From Lachnospiraceae bacterium (GTDB lineage Bacteria; Bacillota; Clostridia; Lachnospirales; Lachnospiraceae): 64,000 nt of DNA. Below, one piece after another: positions 48,033 through 57,200 of this stretch; positions within the stretch are counted from its first letter, which is position 1; each line of letters begins with the position of its first letter. The notes under the pieces were generated by a model. That model was not told the origin of the DNA and made no database searches. It worked only from the letters and a program-made list of their open reading frames with translations. Where the stretch lies: contig JAEEIK010000143.1 of NCBI GenBank assembly GCA_016281335.1, forward strand, positions 12,436 to 76,435. The letters run 5' to 3'. Both the position numbers and the translations under genes were made by a program.

Positions 48033-49141
48033 TGCTTGAGCTTGATCTCCGGTTCTTCGCTAAAGAAGGCCCCGGAGGAGAAAAAACCGAAGAACCCACA
48101 AGCAAAAAGCTTGATGACGCCAGAAAGGAAGGGCAGGTTGCCAAGAGCAAGGAGTTTTCATCCAGCCTTACGCTTCTTACATTCTTTCTGTTGCTTCGTG
48201 TCTGGATGGGCGTACTCAGCGGTCAGATGAAGGAACTTTTCGGCGGCTTTTATGATCGTTTTCATTATTTTTCAAACATGGCTTCTTACGAAGACAGACA
48301 TGAAGAATATGCATCCCTTGTGGCCATTGCGCTATTAAGGGTATTTGTCATGATAGTGCCTTTCCTGATCGCCGGCTTTGTGGTCTGCTTTGTGGCTGAT
48401 CTGGTGCAGGTTAAATGGAAGCCCACATCCAAACCCTTAAAACCGAAGTTCAGCAAGCTGAATCCCGTTAATGGTTTTAAACGGCTTTTCTCACTTGAAA
48501 AGCTTATAGAACTCTTAAAATCCATTGTAAAGATTGCGATTGTAGTGATCGTGGTATATAATCAGCTTAAGGATAAATGGCCGCTGATTTTCAATATGTA
48601 TGATATGCCCCTGCTCCAGGGAGTGATAGTTGCGGGCAAGACTTTGGTTGATATAGGCTTTTTGATTTCGGTGATCTTCATGGTGGTGGCTTTTGCCGAT
48701 TTTGCTTTCCAGAAATGGAAATTCCATCAGGACATGAAGATGACGAAGCAGGAAGTTAAGGAAGAGTACAAGTCTACCGAAGGTGATCCGCAGATAAAAG
48801 GCAAGATCAAGCAGAAAATGATGGAAGCATCAAGGCGGCGTATGATGCAGAGCGTACCCCAGGCGGACGTGGTCATCACCAACCCGACCCATTATGCCGT
48901 GGCGCTTAAGTATGATAAAGAGATAGCGCCTGCGCCTTATGTGGTAGCAAAGGGTGTTGATTATATGGCACAGAAGATAAAAGAGATAGCAAGGGAAAGT
49001 GACGTGCAGATAAGCGAAAACAAACCCCTTGCGAGAGCGCTTTATTCCAATGTGGAAATAGGAGAGCAGATCCCCGAAGAACTGTATGTGGCTGTAGCCG
49101 AAGTGCTGGCTGCCGTATACAAGGCTACGGGAAGAGTATAG
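48032..49141 (+). CDS. flhB: Export switch protein FlhB
   Basis: EKTEEPT.KK, EGDPQIK, autocleavage site NPTH. Confidence 0.97.
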   Translation: MLELDLRFFAKEGPGGEKTEEPTSKKLDDARKEGQVAKSKEFSSSLTLLTFFLLLRVWMGVLSGQMKELFGGFYDRFHYFSNMASYEDRHEEYASLVAIALLRVFVMIVPFLIAGFVVCFVADLVQVKWKPTSKPLKPKFSKLNPVNGFKRLFSLEKLIELLKSIVKIAIVVIVVYNQLKDKWPLIFNMYDMPLLQGVIVAGKTLVDIGFLISVIFMVVAFADFAFQKWKFHQDMKMTKQEVKEEYKSTEGDPQIKGKIKQKMMEASRRRMMQSVPQADVVITNPTHYAVALKYDKEIAPAPYVVAKGVDYMAQKIKEIARESDVQISENKPLARALYSNVEIGEQIPEELYVAVAEVLAAVYKATGRV

Positions 49142-49164
49142 AAAACTGAAAGGAGGGGCATGAT

Positions 49165-51207
49165 ATGATCAAAAAGATCACGGGCGATGCTGTCGTAGGC
49201 ATCTATATACTTGCAGCCTTTGTCATGTTCATAGTTCCTATTCCGAGTTTTCTGCTGGACGTGCTGCTGGCGATCAACATGTCCGTTGCATTCTCTGTTC
49301 TGTTCTCGACCATGTTTTCCCTTGAAGTGCTGGATATGTCTTTCTATCCTACCATTTTGCTGTTTACCACGGTATTCCGTATCGCTCTGAACATTTCTTC
49401 GACCAGACTGATACTTTCTACCGGCGATCCCGGCGTAGTGGTCACGACCTTCGGACAGTTCGTGGGCGGCGGTGATCTGATAATGGGTGTCATCGTCTTT
49501 GCCATCCTGCTGATCGTGCAGTTCATGGTCATTAACAAAGGTTCCGAACGTGTGGCTGAAGTAACAGCCAGGTTCACCTTGGACGCTATGCCCGGTAAGC
49601 AGATGGCTATTGATGCCGACCTGAATACCGGAGCCATAGATGATGCCGAGGCGAAGAGGCGCAGGGATAAGATACAGGAAGAAGCAAGTTTCTTCGGTTC
49701 CATGGACGGTGCCGTGAAATACGTTAAAGGAGATGCGACAGCCGGTCTCATCATTACAGCTGTAAACCTTGTGGGCGGTATTGCCATGGGTATGACCAGG
49801 CGCGGTCAGAGTTTTTCGGATGCGCTTAATACCTACGGTGTGCTTACCATAGGTGATGGTCTGGTCAGCGCCATACCCTCGCTGTTGATATCTCTGTCAA
49901 CAGGTATATTGGTGACCAAGGGATCCAAGAGCGCCGATTTCGGAAATGCGCTTCTTTCGCAGCTGTTCACCCTTCCTAAGTCTTTATACTTTGTGGGGGC
50001 TACCTTGATAGCGCTTAGTTTCACCCCGCTGCCGTTCCTGATCTATTGTCCGCTGGGTATCATATTCATACTGGTGGGACGCAGGATGTCATCACAGATG
50101 AAGACTGCCGGCATCGAGCAGAAAGTGGAAGAGGAAGAGATTGCGGAGGCAGAGGAAATACGTCGTCCGGAGAATGTTACTTCGCTACTGCAGGTCGATC
50201 CTATAGAACTGGAATTCGGATATGGTATAATACCCTTGGCGGATGCGGCTCAGGGCGGTGACCTTCTGGACAGAGTTGTCATGATAAGAAGGCAGATAGC
50301 TCTGGAACTCGGTACCGTTGTGCCGATCATCAGATTGCGAGATAATATACAGCTGAATCCGAACCAGTACATCATAAAGATCAAGGGTATACAGACAAGT
50401 GTCGGAGAGATACTCTTCAATCACTATCTGGCAATGAACCCGGGTTATGTGGAAGAGGAGATAGCCGGAATACCGACGATAGAGCCGTCCTTTAAACTTC
50501 CTGCTCTGTGGATCACGGAGGGGCAGAGGGAAAGAGCTGAATCCGTAGGTTACACCGTAGTGGATCCTCCTTCGATAATCGCAACACATCTGACCGAAGT
50601 GATAAGACAGCATATAGCGGAATTGCTGACCAGACAGGATGTGCAGACTCTGGTGGATAATCTGAAAGAGAGCAATCCTTCCATAGTTGAGGAACTGGTT
50701 CCCAAGCTGCTGGGTCTGGGCGAGATACAGAAAGTATTGCAGAATCTGCTTTCGGAAGGCATATCCATAAGAGACCTGCTTACCATATTTGAATCACTTG
50801 CCGATCATGCTACGGTAACGAGAGATACTGATCTGCTTACTGAATATGTAAGACAGTCACTTAAGAGGGCTATTTCCAACAAGTACTTTGCCGGTGAATC
50901 TACGGTAAGCGTGGTCACTCTTGATCCTAAGCTGGAACAGGAGATCATGGGAAGCGTTAAGCAATCTGAGCAGGGAGCTTACATTACTCTTGATCCCGAG
51001 CGCATCAAGAGCATGATCGAAAGTGTAAGAAAAGAAACCGGAAAACTGACGGATATGGGAAAGAGCGCGATAGTGCTGACTTCGCCTATCGTTCGTATGT
51101 ATTTTAAACGGCTGACGGAGGATTATTTCTCCGATCTGGTCGTGGTATCATATAATGAAGTGGAGTCCGATGTGGAACTGCAGAGCGTCGGAATGGTGAG
51201 TGCGTAA
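49165..51207 (+). CDS. flhA: Export protein FlhA
   Basis: EVTARFTLDAMPGKQMAIDADL, MDGAVKYVKGD. Confidence 0.98.
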   Translation: MIKKITGDAVVGIYILAAFVMFIVPIPSFLLDVLLAINMSVAFSVLFSTMFSLEVLDMSFYPTILLFTTVFRIALNISSTRLILSTGDPGVVVTTFGQFVGGGDLIMGVIVFAILLIVQFMVINKGSERVAEVTARFTLDAMPGKQMAIDADLNTGAIDDAEAKRRRDKIQEEASFFGSMDGAVKYVKGDATAGLIITAVNLVGGIAMGMTRRGQSFSDALNTYGVLTIGDGLVSAIPSLLISLSTGILVTKGSKSADFGNALLSQLFTLPKSLYFVGATLIALSFTPLPFLIYCPLGIIFILVGRRMSSQMKTAGIEQKVEEEEIAEAEEIRRPENVTSLLQVDPIELEFGYGIIPLADAAQGGDLLDRVVMIRRQIALELGTVVPIIRLRDNIQLNPNQYIIKIKGIQTSVGEILFNHYLAMNPGYVEEEIAGIPTIEPSFKLPALWITEGQRERAESVGYTVVDPPSIIATHLTEVIRQHIAELLTRQDVQTLVDNLKESNPSIVEELVPKLLGLGEIQKVLQNLLSEGISIRDLLTIFESLADHATVTRDTDLLTEYVRQSLKRAISNKYFAGESTVSVVTLDPKLEQEIMGSVKQSEQGAYITLDPERIKSMIESVRKETGKLTDMGKSAIVLTSPIVRMYFKRLTEDYFSDLVVVSYNEVESDVELQSVGMVSA

Positions 51208-52455
51208 ATGGTTATCAAGAAATTTCAGGCAAAAACCGAAGCAGAGGCGATAGTTCTTGCAAAGAAGGAACTTGGAGATGACATTACCGTAATACATTCC
51301 AGGAATGTCAAGCCCAAGGGTTTCTTTTCGTTTTTTAAGAAGATGCTGGTGGAGATCACCGTTGCAAAAGACGAAGAAAATGTTAAGAGCGAGAAGGATA
51401 ATATCAAAGAAGGTGTGGCAGCCATCGATGCCGCAAGAGCGGCTGCAGAGGAAAAGGCAGCGACCGTAAAATCTGCAGCGCCGAAGCCGGAGAAAGCGAA
51501 AAACGAAGTTAATGCTTCAGCCGATGCGGAAAAGCGCGCAGTGGAAGCCAGACTCGACAATATACAGAATCTTCTGGAACAAAAACTTTCGGTACAGGAA
51601 AAAGAAAAGAAGGCCGAGCCCGAAAAGAATGTAAAGCAGGAAGCGGATGACTTAAAGACCAAAGAACTTATGGACTTTACGAAACTTCTGTATAACACGC
51701 TGATCGATAATGAGGTTGATGAGAAATTTGCCAACGAGCTGATAGGCGAAGTAGAGCAGAATTTCGGCAGCAATGTGAATGTTGAACATATACTTTCACA
51801 CATCTATCAGAAAGTGATACTGAAATTCGGTAAGCCCGAGACCATCGAGCCTGCAGAGCGGAATGCCAAGGCGGTGTTCTTCATAGGACCCACCGGTGTC
51901 GGAAAAACAACTACGCTGGCAAAACTGGCGAGCCGCTTCAAATTGACCGATAATAAACGTATAGCCTTGTTTACAACGGATACCTACAGGATATCCGCAA
52001 CGGACCAGTTAAAGACCTATGCGAATATCATGGGAGTGCCTTTCCACGTGATATATACGCCGGAGGAACTGGTGGAAGAGTATGAGAGGTATAAGGATTA
52101 TGACTATATCCTTATAGATACCGCAGGACATTCGCCGCATAATACCGAGCAGAAAGAGGATATGGAGAAGTTCATCCATGTGCTCGAAGGTGTGGCCCAG
52201 ACCGAGAATTATCTGGTGCTCAGCGCTACCACGAAGTATAAAGATCTGCTGAAGATCTGTGACGTATACAGAGAGATGACGGGATACAGGCTTATCTTTA
52301 CCAAGCTTGATGAGACCGAATGCCACGGTAACCTCTTAAACGTGCGCATGCATACCATGGCACCCATGAGCTATGTAACCAACGGACAGAACGTACCTGA
52401 CGATATAGAAGTTTTCAATCCGCAGAATGCCGTAAAGCGTCTGCTGGGAGGGTGA
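51208..52455 (+). CDS. flhF: SRP-family GTPase FlhF
   Basis: GPTGVGKTTTLAKLA, DTYRI, DTAG, TKLDET. Confidence 0.96.
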   Translation: MVIKKFQAKTEAEAIVLAKKELGDDITVIHSRNVKPKGFFSFFKKMLVEITVAKDEENVKSEKDNIKEGVAAIDAARAAAEEKAATVKSAAPKPEKAKNEVNASADAEKRAVEARLDNIQNLLEQKLSVQEKEKKAEPEKNVKQEADDLKTKELMDFTKLLYNTLIDNEVDEKFANELIGEVEQNFGSNVNVEHILSHIYQKVILKFGKPETIEPAERNAKAVFFIGPTGVGKTTTLAKLASRFKLTDNKRIALFTTDTYRISATDQLKTYANIMGVPFHVIYTPEELVEEYERYKDYDYILIDTAGHSPHNTEQKEDMEKFIHVLEGVAQTENYLVLSATTKYKDLLKICDVYREMTGYRLIFTKLDETECHGNLLNVRMHTMAPMSYVTNGQNVPDDIEVFNPQNAVKRLLGG

Positions 52456-52459
52456 GTAA

Positions 52460-53344
52460 TTGGATCAGGCTGAACAGTTAAGAAACCGCATAAAGACCGG
52501 TGGTAAGACTTCCAGACCGCTGGCCCGTGTTATGACAGTGACCTCAGGCAAAGGCGGCGTGGGTAAGTCAAACACGGCCATTAATCTTGCCCTGCATTTC
52601 AAGAAACTGGGCAAGCGCGTGATAATACTGGATGCGGATTTCGGGCTTGCCAATATCGAGATAATGTTCGGCACAGTTCCGAAGCATAATCTGTCCGACC
52701 TTATATACCAGGGTAAATCCATCACCGAGATCATCACCTGGGGGCCGGGAGATGTGGGCTTCATCTCAGGAGGTTCGGGTATTGCAGGCCTTTCCAATCT
52801 CGGACGTGAATATCTCACTTATATAATTCAGAATCTTGCACAGCTGGATGCCATAGCCGATGTGATCATCATTGATACCGGAGCAGGCATAGCCGATGCG
52901 GTACTGGAGTTCCTGGTGGCAAGCGGAGAGATATTGCTGATCACTACGCCGGAACCCACATCGATCACTGATTCCTATTCACTCTTAAAAGCGCTTAACA
53001 GACATCCGAGATTTTCGAGAGAAAACTCACAGATCAAGGTGATCGCCAACAGAGTAGAGAATCCCGAAGAAGGCAGGAGCCTGTATAATAAGCTGAACGC
53101 GGTGGTAGGACGTTTTCTCGGCTTACCGCTGGAATATATGGGGGCCGTGCCTCAGGATAAATATCTGGCCCAGGCGGTAATGCAGCAGAAGCCGGTTTCC
53201 CTTGAGCATCCGAATGCAAAGAGCGCCATGGCTTATCAGGAGATAGCCATGAAACTCATGAACATGGAAACCGAAGGAAAGATAAAGAAAAGGGGGATGG
53301 CCGCATTTTTCTCGCACATCGTGGCCAATAAGAAGACAGTATGA
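52460..53344 (+). CDS. flhG: MinD-like ATPase FlhG
   Basis: MDQAEQLR, SGKGGVGKS, DADFGLAN, DTGAG, PEPTSITD; TTG start. Confidence 0.95.
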   Translation: MDQAEQLRNRIKTGGKTSRPLARVMTVTSGKGGVGKSNTAINLALHFKKLGKRVIILDADFGLANIEIMFGTVPKHNLSDLIYQGKSITEIITWGPGDVGFISGGSGIAGLSNLGREYLTYIIQNLAQLDAIADVIIIDTGAGIADAVLEFLVASGEILLITTPEPTSITDSYSLLKALNRHPRFSRENSQIKVIANRVENPEEGRSLYNKLNAVVGRFLGLPLEYMGAVPQDKYLAQAVMQQKPVSLEHPNAKSAMAYQEIAMKLMNMETEGKIKKRGMAAFFSHIVANKKTV

Positions 53345-54075
53345 TCGATATAGAAGATGTGGTAAGGCCCGGCGACCGCTGTGATTTCGAGACCATACCT
53401 GACAAATTCGCAAAAGATATAGAGGGTGAGAAGAAGTACTACATCACCAAGGTATACGATGTTAATGATGACGGCACCGTTTCTCTTGTGATGCCTCTTG
53501 ACAAGACCAAACTCGTAGTACTTTCCGAAGGAGAGGAGTATGATCTGTATTTTTATGCAGGAAAAGGCATCTACGCATGTCGCGGCAGGGTAGTCGGCCG
53601 CCTCAAAGACGATAACAATATCCCGGTTGCCGTTGTGGAAACGCTGACGGAGCTTAAGAAACACCAGAGACGTGAATACTACCGCTATACCTGCGTGGTC
53701 GGCATGACCACGAGACAGCTTCCGGACTGGGAAGAGAAAGATTTCATGGAACATAACAGGCTGGATGTTCTCGCCGAATGCAAGGAAAAGAGCGTCATAG
53801 TCGATATCAGCGGCGGAGGAGTGCGTTTCGTGTCTGCCGAGGATTACGAACCCGGAAAGCTGGTCAACTGCATCTTTGTACTCCAGACCAAGGGCATCAA
53901 CAAGACGCATAATCTGGTAATGCGTATCCTTTCCGTGACTCCGGTTCCCAACAATGCAGGTAACAAGGAATACCGTGGACAGTTCATCTATATCGAGAAC
54001 GGCGAACGCGAAGAGATCATCAGCTTCATCTTTGAAGAGGAACGCCGCATACGTGCCAAGATGAACGGATATTGA
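53341..54075 (+). CDS. PilZ-domain flagellar brake protein (YcgR/MotI-like)
   Basis: QRREYYR and DISGGG c-di-GMP-binding motifs. Confidence 0.92.
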   Translation: MIDIEDVVRPGDRCDFETIPDKFAKDIEGEKKYYITKVYDVNDDGTVSLVMPLDKTKLVVLSEGEEYDLYFYAGKGIYACRGRVVGRLKDDNNIPVAVVETLTELKKHQRREYYRYTCVVGMTTRQLPDWEEKDFMEHNRLDVLAECKEKSVIVDISGGGVRFVSAEDYEPGKLVNCIFVLQTKGINKTHNLVMRILSVTPVPNNAGNKEYRGQFIYIENGEREEIISFIFEEERRIRAKMNGY

Positions 54076-54120
54076 TTTATAAGAATCCCCCATTTATATG
54101 ATGAATAATATAAAAGCTTG

Positions 54121-54129
54121 TGGTACAAT
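54121..54129 (+). promoter_or_regulatory. Extended -10 promoter candidate for the surface-protein gene
   Basis: TGGTACAAT about 75 nt upstream of the ATG. Confidence 0.45.
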
Positions 54130-54205
54130 ATACACTGATGTGCCATGAGCTTTTTTATATAAAAAAGTACGGAAAGAAGGAAAAACGAGCAGGAGGAGAA
54201 AGATA

Positions 54206-57200
54206 ATGAAGAAGAGACTGAGCAGGGGAATAGCATTCCTGATGATGATCATCATGATGCTGTCAAACGTCAATCTGCCGGTGTATGCGTCCGGGACCGA
54301 TACAGAAACCGAAACGGAAGCTGTATTGGAAGATGATACTGTGGCAGCTGACGAGGAAGAGGCGGCAGTGGAAGAGACCGTAGTTGATGATGAAAATGTT
54401 TTCGAGGAGAAACAGGGAGCTGCGGCTCCAAAAGTATACTTAAGCGGCGGTATATTCGGAGATCGTTTGGTAAAAGGGGTAACTGAACTGAATGAAGGCG
54501 AGACAGTAAAGAATGTCGCCGGGACTGACGATTATGCATCTTACAATGAAGGTGTATTGGTCCTGGATAGTGTACTGCTTCACTCCAATATTAATGAAAT
54601 GACAGCATATTCCTTTGGAAAATCCGGGGAAAAGCATGCATGCATATATGCGGAGGGTGATCTGACGATAGAGCTGGATGAAGAGCTGCTTATATATCTG
54701 GATGAGAAACAGGAGGCTCTTCCTGAATACAGTTACGGTATTTACGTTACCGGTAATCTCACTATTATAAATAAATATGCTGCAAGCGGTTTATCAATAG
54801 GACAAAAAGGCGGTATTTCTGCTACTAAAGAGTCTGCTGCGATATATTGCGGAGGAAGACTTTTGCTCCAAGACCTCGCTCATTATGATGATGTGGATAT
54901 TGTTCTGTCGGGAGGCAGCGTCAGTTCCTCAGAGATAAATAAAAAAACAGCGGTTAACGGATACGGTATATATGCAGATGGCGGAATAACCGTCGAAGGT
55001 ATTGATTTACAGATAGACCAAAGCAAAAATGTATATGCAAAAAAAGGTCTTGCAAGCAATCACGCTATCTATACCGGCAGCGGTATGTCTATTGTCAATC
55101 CGGGTAAAGTAGAGATAGATAAAGTATATGCAGAATCTGAAGATACGGCAGAAGCATACGGGATAAGCGGAGCAGGTTCACTGAGCGGAACAATAACCTA
55201 TGCGAACGAAGCTCTTGAAACAAATACCGGAGCAGCAAAGAAGGTCAAATCGGAAAAGAGCTTTATTGAGAACGGTTTCACTTCGGTTATGTTTGAAAAA
55301 TCCATGGGCGACGGCAGAGTATTCCATGGCGGAGAGCATCCGCTGCGTATTGGTAAAGGTGAAACAAGCGGATTTGAGTATTCATGGAAAGACAAGAAAG
55401 ACTTTACAAACAGTATTGTTTTTGTTGCGTATAAGGTAGATGATTTCACTCCCGAGGCTATACTGGATGCCAGAAGTAAAGGACCGGATACCACGGTGCT
55501 CGGGTTCGATAAAAATATCGGTCAGGTTGGTCCTTATGATATGGACACAGGACTGAAAATATCGGGACTGGATACGGGAAAAGCTTTTCTTGCGGCTTAC
55601 AATATCAAGGATTTAAATGACTATCTGAATAATGACGGAATTACCGGAGAGCAGCTGTATGCAAAGAATATCCTGACTTCCAGGGTATTTGTGGAAGTCA
55701 GCGAAGAAGGAGTGAATGACGAGAAAGATCCCGGAGAAGTTGAAGAAGTGGAGTTTTGGCGCCCCGGCCCTGATGTTTGGTATGATGCGGAAGACCCGTG
55801 CCAGATGATAAAGGGAAAGACATCATCAGAGTATTTATATTATTTCCCTAATAATTCGGAAAAAGAAGATGTGATCTTCCTGGCATATGAGGTGGAAGAT
55901 TTTGAGACGGCTACCATAGTTGCAGCTATGGCTGAGGGGCCGACGGAGGATTTCTTTGATTTTCAAAAAACGGTAGATCCGAATGGGCCGGGTGGAGAAT
56001 GTGATAATCTGATCATGACACCGCTAAAGACCGGAAAGGCAATAGTATGTGCATTCCGCATCAGCAGCTATCAGGCATATAAAGAAGGCGCGATAAACGC
56101 TTCCGAACTTGCGGGAAGAAATCTGCTCATATCCAAGATGTATGTGGAGGTTACAGAAGGAAGACAGTTTACGCTTCATATGAACGGCGGACGTTTTCTG
56201 AATAAGGAAGATATCGATCTTTTTAACGCGATAGTCAATGATTATAATTATGTTAATGTTTCATGGCAGGAGATGGTCTACGACCGCGGATCTGAAAGCA
56301 TAACTTTGGTGACCGATCCGGATTGCAGCTGGAATACTTTAAACTATTATGTTACGGAAGCTTGCGAAAGATCAGGATGGGCTTTCCGCTATGGTCAGGT
56401 ATACCGGAGTAATGAATATCAACTCTCTTATCTTACACATGATGGGGCAATAAGCGATAGTGATAAGAATTCGCTGCCAACCCTTTATCTGTCAGTGCCT
56501 GAGGATATTAAAGATATATACCTTGCATGGAGACCCGCCGATAATAAAGAGATATATTTTGATGCAGATGGCGGTAGTATTAATATGCCTGAAGGGATGG
56601 TTTTGATGCCGCCTTCCGGAAAATACACCGCGCCCGGGTATTCTAAACTGATACTTCCTGAAGCACATAAGGAGGGGTATGTTTTTGAAGGCTGGTTTGT
56701 AGAGCATGCCGCTGCCGATAGTGATTATGAATATAGTATTTTTGGCGGAGGAGACTTTTTTGTAGAGAATGGCATGCATTTTATTGCCAGATACAGAGAA
56801 ATCAGGGAAGAACTGACAATAAGTACTGCTTTTAAACCTGCAGAGATGGTACACGCGGGAGATTCGGTCAATGACATAGGAAATATTGCGTGGGAAAGCG
56901 GAGCTGCTGTAACGCCCAATGATATAGGGATGATTGAGCTTCAGGCAATTTTGACTGCCGTGGATGCAGATTACACCAACAAAATCGGCAGAGTATATAA
57001 TGCAGCGTATAACGGAGATTATTTTGAGAATGATTCCGTTTACTATGTTTTATACAAGGTGAGTTTGAGTAGTGGATATATACTGGATCCCACATCATCC
57101 GTTGTTAAGATCAATAATTCCGTCGTTCCGTGGATCGGAAGATGGGAAGAACAGGGACATGGCTTGAGTTACATAGTGTATGCCTTCAATCCCTTTACCC

